Assembly: GCF_009914755.1 (NCBI RefSeq)
Contig: NC_060936.1
From: the human T2T-CHM13v2.0 reference genome, Homo sapiens
DNA: 64,000 bases
Direction: 5' to 3' (one strand)
Positions 25,837 through 37,361 of this stretch are shown piece after piece. The first letter of the stretch is position 1. Each line of letters opens with the position of its first letter. The translations under genes and the position numbers were made by a program. The notes beneath the pieces were generated by a model. The model did not search any database. It was not told where the DNA came from and saw nothing but the letters and a program-made list of their open reading frames with translations.

Positions 25837-26439
25837 TCAGTCCAGAGGTCCTTGGTAGAAGTTGTTAGTTGAGCTCATTTGGGGTTCCATTTGTAAGACC
25901 ACCTGTAGCTCGATGGCCTTGATCCTAGAGGAAACAAATTTGACAAGGAGGTTAAAAATACAGGGCCTGAAGGCGAGTAATAGCAAGATGGCAGTCACGG
26001 GACCTAGAAAGGGGAGAAGCCATGTTGTGCAACTCCAGAGGTTGGTATAAGAATTTGAAAGGCATTGTCTGATTTCAGAAGCCTTTTCCTGTAAATGCCG
26101 GGCAGCGTTTCCTACTATCCCTGACTGGTTAGTGTAAAAACAACACTCTTCCCCTAAGAAGGTGCAGAGTCCTCCTTTCTCAGCATTGAGGAGGTCTAGG
26201 CCTTGGCGGTTTTGGAGAGTCACTGCTGCCAAAGAGTCTATTTGGGATTGTAGAGTAAGGATAGATTTTGTTATTTCTTGCAAACTGTCTGAGAAATCCT
26301 TTGAGAGTTTGTAGTAGTAGGATAATGTAGTAGATATACCTGCTATTCTAGTTTCTGTAGCAGCAGCCATTCCTAACCGTATAAGTAGGGGTATTAGTTG
26401 TATGGCCCTGCACTCTTGGACTTGAGCTTTGAGGGGCAC
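25837..26439 (-). pseudogene. ERV9 env transmembrane (TM) subunit, open 200-codon frame, SU deleted
   Basis: Fusion peptide AIQLIPLL, ISD LQNRQGLDLL, CX6CC (CTFLGEECC), TM helix WLLPFLGPVTAILLLLAF and tail LQMEPQM. Furin site is degenerate (QECR). Confidence 0.85.
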
Positions 26440-27062
26440 AGATAGGGTATGATTTCCGTAAGATTAGAAGTTAGGATAATACAAGTTACACTGTTAACTT
26501 TTTTAGCAAACTTTACTTTTGTTGAAAACCTTGTAAGTTTGGGATTTCAATTATTCTTTGCTATTAATAAGACCTCATTCAGCCCATATTAACTTAGAAT
26601 TGGTATAGATGGCTCCTTCCTGATTCTGTAAGTACTTTAAGGTTTGGCTGAGTGCAAACAGCTGGCACGTTTGAGCAGACCAGTTGTTAGGCAATTTTCC
26701 TAACCCTGCTTCTGCAAGAGTTTCCTTATCATTTACTGAATACCCATTGTGTCTTTTTCCCTTAATCGCCTGGGAGGAAACATCTATCTCCTGTCCTGAA
26801 GGGAGTTCCTCCTTGGTCTGGTCAGACCTTTGTATGGTAATTAAGATTTAGATCCCCTGTTAGGAAACCTGCTGGGTTAAGGATTTTTGTTAGGAAGGCT
26901 ATGGGTTGTCAGTGGCCTCAGTGCTTTCGGGCTATGCCCTTGTTTACACTGACAACAAGGTGGTACTGGAGTACCACGGAGAAGACCTTCAATTATCAAT
27001 TATAGGTTTTAAATTTACCCTGGCTTTTAAAGGAATAGGATACACTGTGTTTTCTTTAGTAT

Positions 27063-27330
27063 TTTCATCTCTCTTTCTTTTTCTTTTTCTTCTTTGTCTC
27101 TCTCTTTCTGACTCCCTCTTTGTCTGTTTCTTCCTTTCTCTCTTTGACTTTCTGTCTCTCTCTTTCTCTCTCTCTCTGACTCCCTCTTTTTCTCTGTCTC
27201 TTCCTCTCTCTCTTTGACTTTCTGTCTCTTTCTCTGTCTCTCTGACTCCTCTTTGTCTCTGTCTCTTCCTCTCTCTCTCTCTGACTTTCTCTTTCTCTCT
27301 TTCCTTTCTGCTGGTCTTTCCCTGCCTCTG
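27063..27330. repeat. CT/AG-rich low-complexity expansion inside ERV9 pol
   Basis: Degenerate (CT)n and TCTG runs; such AG-rich tracts are typical of ERV9/HERV-W pol. Confidence 0.85.
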
Positions 27331-27338
27331 CTAGCCGC

Positions 27339-27720
27339 TTATGCTGCTGTTCTCCCCTCACCTTCCCCTTTTCGATGGCTTCGACAGTGTAAGACTGCCA
27401 CCTCCTTGGGTTTTTGCACTGCGTGCAACAACTCCATGATTTCCTTGTGGTATTTAATGGGGGTTCCCCCAGAGGTTAGGAACTCCCTTTCTTTCCATAT
27501 TGCAGTATGGGCATGTGGGATTAGATAAGCATACTTACTATCTGTAGCGAAGTCTCCCAGTGACAACTGAGGAGGTGGAAGAAATACCTGATTACAGGCT
27601 GTTCCAGGATTCCTCAGATGGTAACAGACCTTGAGGACAGCTGTCCAGGACAGGAGATTAACAATGAGAAAGCCATGCCAGTGTCCAGGAGGAAGTCAAT
27701 TTCCTGGCCATCAATGAGCT
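27339..27720 (-). pseudogene. ERV9 protease remnant fused by deletion to an RNase H remnant (RT missing)
   Basis: Minus strand encodes IDGQEIDFLLDTGMAFS, then joins DSKYAYL..HAH.AIWKER..LT..GTPIK...LL.AV..PKEVAVLHCRSH. Confidence 0.85.
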
Positions 27721-27740
27721 GGTGCTTGCCCCAGGCACCC

Positions 27741-30269
27741 TCAGTCCTGTTGTTGGATCATCTGGTTGGGGGCTTCTGGCCCAGAGAACCTTTGTCCTCT
27801 GGGGCAGTGTGCTGTCCAGTGATTGCCTCGGCATAGTGGACATGGGCGAGGGGGCAGCTTGTTTCTCATAGGACAATCTTTTTTAAAGTGTCCTTGCATG
27901 AGGAGTGCCTCTGCCCGGCTGCTGCCCCATCTGGGAAGTGAGGAGCACCTCTGCCCAGCTGCCACCCCATCTGGGATGTGAGGAGCGCCTCTGCCCGGCT
28001 GCCCAATCATCTGGGAAGTGTGGAGCGCCTCTGCCCAGCTGCCCACTGTCTGGGATGTGAGGAGTGCCTCTGCCCAGCTGCCACCCCATCTGGCAAGTGA
28101 GGAGTGCCTTTGCCGGCCTGCCAACCGCCTGTGAAGTGAGGAGCACCTCTGCCTGGCCGCCAACCATGTGGGAAGTGATGAGGGCCTCTGCCCAGCTGCT
28201 GCCCCATCTGGCATGTGAGGAGCACCTCGGACTGACTGCCCACCATCCAGGAAGTGAGAAGTGCCTCTGCCCAGCTGCCCACTGTCTGGGAACTGAGGAG
28301 CACCTCTGCCTGGCCGCTGCCCTGTCTAGTAAGTGAAGAGTGTCTCTGCCTGGCCGCCACCCCATCTGGGAAGTGAGGAGCGTCTCTGCCCTGCCGCCCA
28401 ACTGACTGGTAAGTGAGGAGTGCCTCTGCCCGGCCGCCAACCATCTGGGAAGTAAGGAGCACCTCTGCCTGGCTGCCGCCCAGTCTGGGAAGTGAGGAGC
28501 GCCTCTGTCTGGCCGCTGCCTCATCTGGGAAGTGAGGAGCACCTCTGCCCGGCCACCAACTGTCTGGGAAGTGAGGAGCGCCTCTGCCCCGCCACCAACT
28601 GTCTGGGAAGTGAGGAGCGCCTCTGCCTGGCCACCAACCATCTGGGATGTGAGGAATGCCCTCTGCCCGGCCACCAACTGTCTGAGAAGGGAGGAGTGCC
28701 TCTGTCCGGCCGCCCCACCGTCTGGGAAGTGAGAAGTGTCTCTGCCTGGTCGCTGCCCCATCTGGGAAGTGAGGAGCGCCTCTGCCCAGCCACTGTGCAA
28801 CCTTCCAAGTGTTAAGTGACAGCCTTGTGTGTGATCTTTTCTGTCTTCCCCAAGTTTGCATTTTCGACATTAAAGTTTACTTTTTAATTAAAAGTTTAAA
28901 AAAAAAATAAAGTGTCCTTGCAAACCACACTGATAACAAGCCCTACCCGGTGATTGGCCTGCTCCATTTTCTGTCCTCTCTGAACCACTGAGGTTTGTTT
29001 GTCTGAGGGCCATGACTAAGGCTGCAGCCTTCCTCTGATCTCGCTTTTCCTTTTCGGCCTGTTCCCCTGGTCCCTATTATAGAACGCTGAGGTTGCCAGG
29101 TTTAATAATGCCTCCAGATTTTGTTCAGGACCCAGGGCTCACTTTTGGAGCTTTCTCCTGATATATGCAGCTGATTGGGTAATAAACTTATCTTTTAGGA
29201 CCAATTGACCCTTGAGTGAGTCAGGTGACAGGGGAGTATATTTTCTTAAGGCCTCCCGTAGCCGCTCGAGGAAGGCAGAAGGATTTTCTTCCTTTCCCTG
29301 AGTTACGGTGGACATCATTTAATAATTCACGGACTTTTTCCTAATTCTTAGTCCTTCTAGAACACAGGTCAACAGATGTTTTTGACTCCAGTCCCCATGA
29401 TCTGAGTTGAGGTCCCAGTGGGGCTCCATACTGGGGATGGCTTGCTGACTGGTAGGGAATTTGTCCCTTTCTTTGGCTGTCATTCTATCATTTACTTGAC
29501 TAAGATACCAGGTATCTCCAAACTCTCAGGCTGCAGCTAAAGCTGCATTCTTTTAACTAAAGGCCAGGTTTTGATCTAACAGTAGCATGACTTCTCTCCA
29601 AGTGAGGTCAAAGGTTTGCCCTAGATCCTGTAGGACATCTGTGTACCTATCAGGATCATCTGAAAACTTCCATGGGTCTGCTTTGATCTGCTTTATATCA
29701 GAGAGGGAGAAGGGGACGTGTACCTGGGTTGGGCCAAATTCCCCTTCCCCTACAGCTTGAAGGGAACATAACCGATAGCCCGGGGGTTTTTGTGGTCCTT
29801 TGGAGATTTCCTTGCTTGTTTCCTTCTGGCCAGGGGAGATTAGAGGAGGCTTATCATTAATAGGAAGGGGAGCAATAGGGAGGCTAGGATATGGGGTTAA
29901 GCTGAGAGGTCGTCTAGTGGGATGTAAATTGCAAGCTTTGCATAGTTGTGGATTCTCCTTCAATGAAAGGAAAGCTTGGACATAAGGTATTTCACTCCAT
30001 TTACCTTCCCTCTTACAGAAAAGATCAAGCTGCAGGATAGTATTGTAATTTATACTTCCCTCAGGTGACCATTTTTCCCCATCAGAGAGAGAATACTGGG
30101 GCCAGGCCATAGTGCAGAAAAAAATGTGTTGCCTCTTTTTCAGGGTTTGCGGGTCAAATTGGTCCCAATAGCTTAGGATGCATTTCAAGGGTAAGCCGGT
30201 TGATACCTGAGTGTTTCCCACCTGAAAGACAAAACCGTCCGCAGTTTTGGTTTGTTTGTTTCCCCACAC
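27741..30269 (-). pseudogene. ERV9 gag (MA-CA-NC), disrupted by stops and by the SVA2 insertion
   Basis: [19 protein letters not shown]...WPQY.L...[19 protein letters not shown] and HVPFSLSD...FSDDPDRY. Zinc knuckles CYQCGLQGHFKKDC (split) and CPLCRGNHWTAHC. Confidence 0.9.
27899..28907 (+). mobile_element. SVA2-type VNTR retrotransposon (VNTR + unique 3' tail + poly(A), no SINE-R)
   Basis: About 23 units of ~37-40 bp (CCATCTGGGAAGTGAGGAGCGCCTCTGCCCGGC), then ~105 bp of unique tail, ATTAAA and an A-tail. 15-bp TSD TAAAGTGTCCTTGCA at 27884-27898 and 28908-28922. Confidence 0.85.
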
Positions 30270-30931
30270 CCCCCCTACCCAAGAACCCGCAACAGTCCCT
30301 AGACCCTGCTGATCAGAATAGTTGCACTCACCTACGCAGCAGCAGAAACACTAGTTTTCCTCCTAGACCACAAGGAGGACTGAGGAAGGTTGGATTTAGT
30401 GGCCCTTACTAACACATTCTCAAAAACCTGCACCCTTGCCTGTCCTCTTAGACCACAAAGAGGACTGAGGAAGGTCAGATTTAGTGGCCCTTACTGACAC
30501 ATTCTCGAAAACCTGTTGGAGTCCTAAGCATTCTCCTGTTAGTATTGGGACTTTACCCCTGTCCTGTAAAGATGTTATGCCCCAAAAATGAAGTGGAGGG
30601 CCATACCCCGAGGGAGGGAAGTGATCTCCAGGGTTGGAGGAGTGATGCCTTTTGTCCTCACCTGAATAGGAAGGATATCATTTCTGAAGCTCCCCATATC
30701 CTAGCTTCAGGAATAGCTTTTGTTAGGCCTGCTAGTCTGAGGAGGGATCCTAACATTTCAGAGAAGATAGTCTGCCCCTCCCCCACCACGATGGGGCTTT
30801 GGGCAAAAAATATGTCTTTCTGATTGATGAGCCCGGGTGCCTAAAGAAGGGAATGGAGTCCTGGAGTTTATACTAGAAATTATTCTTATAGGAGAAACTG
30901 GAAAAGCACCAGAGACAGGGAGTGGTTTTTA

Positions 30932-31228
30932 TTCTTTTTTTTTTTTTTTTTTTTTTTTTTTGTGAGATGGAGTCTTGCTGTGTCACCCAGGCTAGAGTGC
31001 AGTGGCACAATCTCGGCCTCCCCAGTTCATGCCATTCTCCTGTCTCAGCCTCCCAAGTAGCTGGCACTACAGGGGCCCACCACCACGCCCGGCTAATTTT
31101 TTGTATTTTTAGTAGAGACAAGGTTTCACTGTGTTAGCCAGGATGGTCTCGATCTCCTGACCTCATGATCCACCCACCTTGGCCTCTCAAAGTGCTGGGA
31201 TTACAGGCATGAGCCAACGCACCCGGCC
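30932..31228 (-). mobile_element. Alu (Y/Sc-like, right-arm deletion) inserted in the ERV9 leader
   Basis: Poly(T) plus Alu body. TSD GGAGTGG(T/C)TTTTA on both sides. Confidence 0.95.
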
Positions 31229-31707
31229 AGGAGTGGCTTTTAGAAGTGGAACTAGCCTCGGAGAAGAGAGGCGAGAAGAAGTTTGTCTGACAGGCGTTAG
31301 GACCCAGGAGGCAAGGGTCAGGATAGATAGGATAGAAGGGCAAGTCTCACTTGGGCGATGTGACTTTGAGAGTTCCACTCATGGCCACAAGGTCAACCAA
31401 CTTGTTGTCGGGACCCCGAAGCTGAATGGCTTTCCTCTCTGGTGACCCTCGGCTCAGCCCAGAAGTACAGGAGATGTGGAACCTGGTTCCAGGCAAACCA
31501 ACGCTTCCAACTCCAAAGAGTTGGGGGTTGTTAGAGAGCCCTTTCCCAGAAAGCCTGACACTCATGTCTTTAGTCTGGCAGCTGCACTAGTCACTTTCAA
31601 CTGGCTGACAGGTGCCCAGTATTTAGCCCCCAAATTCTAAGGAAAAGTAGGACAGAATAGCAAGTGAAAGGGATCCGATGGTACTCCCCACTTGGCGATA
31701 GCTGATT

Positions 31708-31725
31708 GCCCCATCTGGGTCACCA
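31708..31725 (-). other. Primer binding site (tRNA-Arg type, as expected for ERV9)
   Basis: TGGTGACCCAGATGGGGC, 3 nt after the 5' LTR. Confidence 0.75.
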
Positions 31726-31728
31726 AAG

Positions 31729-32438
31729 TGTGTCCAGAATTGGTTCCTTCCAGTGGGTTCTTGGTCTCGCTGACTGCAAGAATGAAGCCGCGGACCTTCG
31801 TGGTGAGTGTTACAGCTCTTAAAGGTGGTGGGTCTGGAGTCTGTTCCTTCAGATGTGTCCTGAGTTTCTTCCTTCTGCTGGGTTCATGGTCTTGCTGACT
31901 TCAAGAATGAAGCTGCAGACCTTCACGGCAAGTGTTACAGCTCTTAAAGGTGGTGTGGACCCAAAGAGTGAGCAGCAGCAAGATTTATTGTGAAGAGCTT
32001 AAGAACAAAGCTTCCTCAATGTGAAAGGGGACCTGAGCGTGTTGCAGTTGCTGGCTGGGGTGGCCAGCTTTTATTCCCTTATTTGTCCCTGCCCACGTCC
32101 TGCTGATTGATCCATTTTACAGAGCGTTGATTGGTCCGTTTTACAGAGTGCTGTTTGGTCCATTTTGCAGAATGCTGATTGGTGTATTTACAATCCTTTA
32201 GCTGGACACAGAGTGCTGATTTGGTGCGTTTTTACAGAGTGCTGATTGGTGCGTTTACAATCCTTTAGCGAGACCCAGAGCGCTGATTGGTGCATTTTTA
32301 CAGAGTGTTGATTGGTGCATTTACAATCCTTTAGCTAGACACAGAGCACTGATTGGTGCGTTTACAATCTTCTAGCTAGACAGAAAAGTTCTTCAAGTCC
32401 CCACTCGACCCAGGAAGTCCAGCTGGCTTCATCTCTCA
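31729..32438 (-). mobile_element. LTR12-family 5' LTR (710 bp, extra CCAAT repeat block)
   Basis: Colinear with 25041-25684, 66 bp longer, and followed by the PBS. Confidence 0.95.
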
Positions 32439-34820
32439 ATCTTATAAAATGCTAGAGTAAAAATTGAAAAATAAAGCAAAATACCAAAATTTAATATCAA
32501 AAGTAAAAGCTAGGTGACCTCAGTTTATGAAATTTAAAAGGTTGGAAATTTTAAATTTGCACTTCTGTAGTTTTATAAGATACGTACATAGTAATTAAAT
32601 TTTCAAAAGCACTAAACATAGCAGGAAGTATTTTAAGATCATCATTATCATCATTTAATTTTATGCTCCCCAGATTCCTCATATGAAAGTTTTGGGGAAA
32701 TGCTTAGCAGCTTTATTTAAAGAAAAGATTTAATTTCTAATGGATATAAGATATTTATTTTTCAGTAATTGAAATAATTGTTCATTTGCTTTTCTGAGTC
32801 AATTTACTGCCTGTGGTGTGCTTTGCCGTCATCAGAGCCACTGGCCTGTCATGAAGCTCTGTGATGTCTGGTCATCAGAATTCCAGCTGAGTTTGAATGA
32901 GAACAGTGAAAGCAGGCAGGTCATCTGTCAGTCTCAAAGACAACGTTTTGAACATCTTTAGTTTGCATTTTTTTTTCAACTGGGAAAAGAGACAGCTCTT
33001 TCAGAAAAGGAAAGCTCATTTTTATTTGAGAAAATTGTTTATATTAACTAGTTGAAAGATGATCTAGAAAAAAGGAAATAAGAATGATAGCTAAAACTGT
33101 CATGCTTATATTAACAACTTTTATGATATTTGAACAAAAAGTCAAAATTACTCAGTGGCTTATAACACAGGCTGAGGAAATGATGCTATAAATATAGTAT
33201 AAAGAAAATGTGAATGTGTTAAACTTGCCTAAGATCTTGAATTCAGTGTGTAAACATTTAGGCTGTGCCCCTGACCATTTTGATTCTGCCTTAGCTACTC
33301 TGTGTTCATATGGGGCAATGTGGACACATGTCAATGTAATGGAGAAAAGGGAAAAAAAGGAAACTTGAGATAGATTAACTGAATACTTTTTCAAAGAAGA
33401 AGTGATGGCTTGGTTGTGGAGAAGGCAGAAATTATAGGTTAAATTAGTATTCTTTAACAAACTACCAATAAATTTCATTTAGCCATGCTGACCTCCTGTC
33501 CATCATCAACTGGGTTAAACAAGACTGATCAACACCGAGTGCTTATGTCACAAAATGAAGCAACAGTCAATATTGTCTCAAGCCAAGGAACTTTCTGAAA
33601 TGCATTCGATTTAAATAAATAACCCGATTACGAGCCTGAGGAAGTTTATGAATGATGCAACAGGAAATGGAGCCAAATCTTTTAGAGATGATATTTGAGT
33701 GCCTTCAAACAAACACCCAGATTTTCAGACACTTGACCCGAATTTCATCAGTCTTATTCCAGTCTATTCCAGCTGCAATGGATCCAGGATAGCAATGGCG
33801 GGGGGGATCTGTAGTTTCCAAATAATGTACAGGGCAAAAAACAGAGCTGGCTCCAGGTTTGATTAGAGATTTTTAAGAGGTGCTCTTTTCTGCTTCTATT
33901 TGTGTTTTTACTAGAAAGTATTATTATAAAAATACTTCTGTGAAAAAAGTGTGGATAGAAGAATGATGTCACTGAGAACTCTGCCAGTGGCAGAAATTTC
34001 AACTAAAAATTGGGGTATAACCAGATTTCCTGTGGCTAACTAACAAGGGCTATCCTAGGGTTTTCTCCGACAGATGGAGAAGTAATAAGGTACTTGCAAA
34101 TGATAAAAATGGGTAGTGGGTTGAAAAAAAGCATTGAAATTACATTACTCTGACACAGTACCTGAACTGTAGTCAAATTCACACATTCACAGATCTCAGA
34201 ACTGGACAAAATCCTAGAGTGGGGCATTTACTCTGGGCTCTAGATGGTATTTTTATCCCCATTTCACAGATGCGTTCCAAGATTTTCCTGAGATTACATG
34301 TAATTATTAACTTTATAATTAAATAGCTATTGTAGTATAAGCACAAAAAAAACAAACAAAAAACATACAACAACAACAAAAAACCTCAGCCACTGTATAT
34401 TCTGTCCAGAAGGCAAATTACCATTATGGGAAGAATCATGCAAAAAGAAGTAAGGAAAATTTCCATTATCTGTTCTGCTAATGGGAAGGAGCTCAGTGAC
34501 AAGATGGTGGATAGTCTATGCTGTGCCTCTAAAATTTCAAATGCAATTCATGGCATCTCATGTGAGACACACACTCCTGGTCTGCTACATGAAGAATAAA
34601 CTAATGATTTTCATCTGGTGGTCACTGTAAAATTAATAGTCCTCAGAAATAGTGGCCTAAATGGATGAGATTAGTTGTAACCATTATAACAATAAAAAAA
34701 AAAAAGAAATTGGAGTAAAATTCATTCCCAGTACCACCACTATTTTATGTTCTTAAAACTTACATTAAGTGATAATGTTTTAAAAAGCATATGCCCATAA
34801 ATAATTTTGTTTTAAGAAAA

Positions 34821-35124
34821 AGGAGGGTGTGGTGGCTCATACCTGTAATTCCAGCACTTTGGGAGGCTGAGGTGGGCAGATTGCTTGAGCCCAGGAGTTG
34901 GAGACTAGCCTGGGTAACATGGCCAAGCCCCATCTCTACAAGAAAATACAAAAATTAGTTCAGGCATGATGGTGCCTGTCTGTAGTTCCAGCTACCTGGG
35001 AGGCTGCGGTGGGAGTATTGCTTGAGCCTGGGAGGTCGAGTCACAGTGGCAGGCACATTGTGGCAGTGAGCCACAATAGTGCCACTGTACTCCACCTGGG
35101 TGAAACAGCAAGATCTTGTCTCAA
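34821..35124 (+). mobile_element. AluJ
   Basis: GATTGCTTGAGCCCAGGAGTT diagnostic; high divergence. Confidence 0.9.
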
Positions 35125-35332
35125 TTTTTTTTTCAAAAAGGGGCCCAGGACGGGGGACAGCCTTGTTTTTCTAATATGGTAAGGCCCATGTTCTTTGATA
35201 TTGCTTCTTGTAGTATAGGATATGGAAACTAGAGAAACTACATTAGAGAACTTATTCAAAAAATATCTTCCTTTGCTGACAATATATGGCTTAATTTACG
35301 TGTTTATTGAATGTTCTGTCTTAATTTCACTG

Positions 35333-35749
35333 GATGAATTTGCTAGGGCTGCTACAGCAAGATACCACTGACTGGATGGCTGAAACAGCAGACATGCATT
35401 TTCTCACAGTTCTGGAGGCTAGATATCTGAGATCAAGATGCTGGCAGGGTTGGTTCCTTCTGAGGGCCATCGGGAAGGAGCTGTTCCTGGCCTCTCTCTC
35501 TCTTTGGCTGGTAGATGGCCATCTTTTTCCTGTGTCTTCAGAACATTTTCTCTCTGTATGTGTTTGTGTGCAGGTTTCCTCTACTTATAAGGACACCAGT
35601 CAGGTCAGTTTAGGGCCCACTCTAAAGACCTCATTTTAACTGAATTACCTCTATAAGGTCCTTATCTCCAAATATGGTCACATTCTGAGGTTATCAAGGT
35701 TAGAACTTCAACATATTAATTTGAGGGGGACAAAATTCAGCCCATAACA
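35333..35749 (-). mobile_element. MLT1A-type MaLR LTR
   Basis: TTTGCTAGGGCTGCTACAGCAAGATACCAC...CCAAATATGGTCACATTCTGAGG...TTCAGCCCATAACA. Confidence 0.85.
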
Positions 35750-36920
35750 ATCTCTTAATTGCATTGTGTGTGACTCCTGATGTCAATATTCAGAAAGTTG
35801 CTGATATACATCATGGGAGGAGGAAAGAGCAAGGACACTTATATGTAGCAGGCTTCTCCTGTGCCTGGAACATTGGGCTAGGTAGTTCAGAGATTTTATT
35901 TCCATTCATAGCCACTTGCTGTGTACTTACCCTATGCCAGGTTCTTTACATACATTCCCATTAAGCCTCACAACAAAGCAACAAGCCAGGCATGAGCCCC
36001 ATTCAACAGAAGACAGAACTGAAATGCAAAGGTGAAAATTCTTTTCAAAGCTGGCATTCACACCCCGACCTATCATACTAAGACTCCTTTGTTCACTTTC
36101 CACAACATCAGAGAGACACCTACCTACTCCGACCTTGTCAGGCAGTCCATGGCCATTCTATCTTGTATGATCTAATTTCAGGAATACTTTTCCTATGATG
36201 AGTGGAAAAACTGAGGCATGGAGAGAATCAAACTCTGCCTGGCCCCATCTGTCTCCTCTACTTTAGTGATCCAGTGTCTGAATCAAGTAATCAGTTGTAA
36301 GCTGTGATTCTACTAGTCAGGTATTATAGAAGGGACCACCGTTGATGGGAATAATATGGGCCATTTTCTCTATAAAATATAAAACTCTTCTATGACTACT
36401 TCCAAGAGGAGAAAAGTGGCTGATGAAAAAAGCAAACAAACAAAAAAACCTTGCCTTTCAAAGTAGCTGGGCTGAGGAGTATGGATATTACAGACTTGGG
36501 TGTTTATCTCATATTTGCAATGGAAAATCCTCTTTAAGAGCAACCTTGAGACAATTCAATAGTTCACAAAATCAGTCAAGGAAAGCTAAAATCAACCATC
36601 CCCAGGAGAGCCAAATTCAACAAAAACTTCCCTCAAAGGCTCACTCACTCTTACCAGCAGAAGGTGTGATGTGTGGAGCTAATCTAAAAGCAAATTCACG
36701 GTGGGTAAAATAATAAAAGAATGCTTATATGAAGCAAAAGATATTGCTTTTCTTGATCAAAAAACCAAAACAAAGCAAGATATCACTTCTCATTATGCCC
36801 TGTTCTTGCAGAGTAGTAATGACTCAATGATTATCTTGAGAAGCCCAGTATCATAAAGATACTCAAGGGTGCGCAAAATGCCTCTGAGTTCTTTGCTTCT
36901 TCCAACATGAGTTTCCAGTT

Positions 36921-37229
36921 CCCTTATGCTGCTCAGGGTCCCAAACTGCCCTCTCCCAATGAAACCCTCCATCCACATCCTTCATGTTTAGGGAGTTCAC
37001 TTAATTTGTCCATTCACTTGTGGCTCAACTAAACCAACCTCTTAAACTAGTTAGAAAGATATGATCCCTTCCAGACACATATTTACATTTTAACCAGAAA
37101 TTTCATTGTCTTCTGATAGTACTTTTAGGCCCCAAGGATGACTTTTATGGGAGAGATACTTGGTCTGGGGAATCTTTTCTCTTTTCAAATTGTATGTATT
37201 TTCCTAAGATCACATGTATTATTCATTGT

Positions 37230-37285
<56 letters not shown>

Positions 37286-37361
37286 TCTCTATCTGTAAAA
37301 TCGCCTTTGACTTCCATTCATACTCACAAAATATAAAAGCCTGAAAACCTCCAGATTGCCT
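36921..37361 (+). repeat. Left arm of a ~440-bp inverted duplication
   Basis: Reverse complement of 38373-38602 plus 39141-39340. Confidence 0.9.
37231..37284. repeat. (TATC)n tetranucleotide STR
   Basis: About 13 perfect units. Confidence 0.95.

Larger units (their letters stand above)
25041..32438 (-). mobile_element. ERV9 (HERV9/LTR12) provirus, internally deleted, with two LTRs
   Basis: Paired LTRs with 4-bp TSD ATCT (25037-25040 and 32439-32442). PBS, gag, pro, RNase H, env-TM and PPT occur in retroviral order. Confidence 0.95.

Noticed and set aside
26906-27528. R/E/K-rich and S/L-rich ORFs
   Set aside because: Translations of the CT/AG low-complexity tract.
27899-28790. CRISPR-like periodic repeat
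   Set aside because: The units are contiguous degenerate VNTR copies without unique spacers. The context is eukaryotic, with a poly(A) and TSD.
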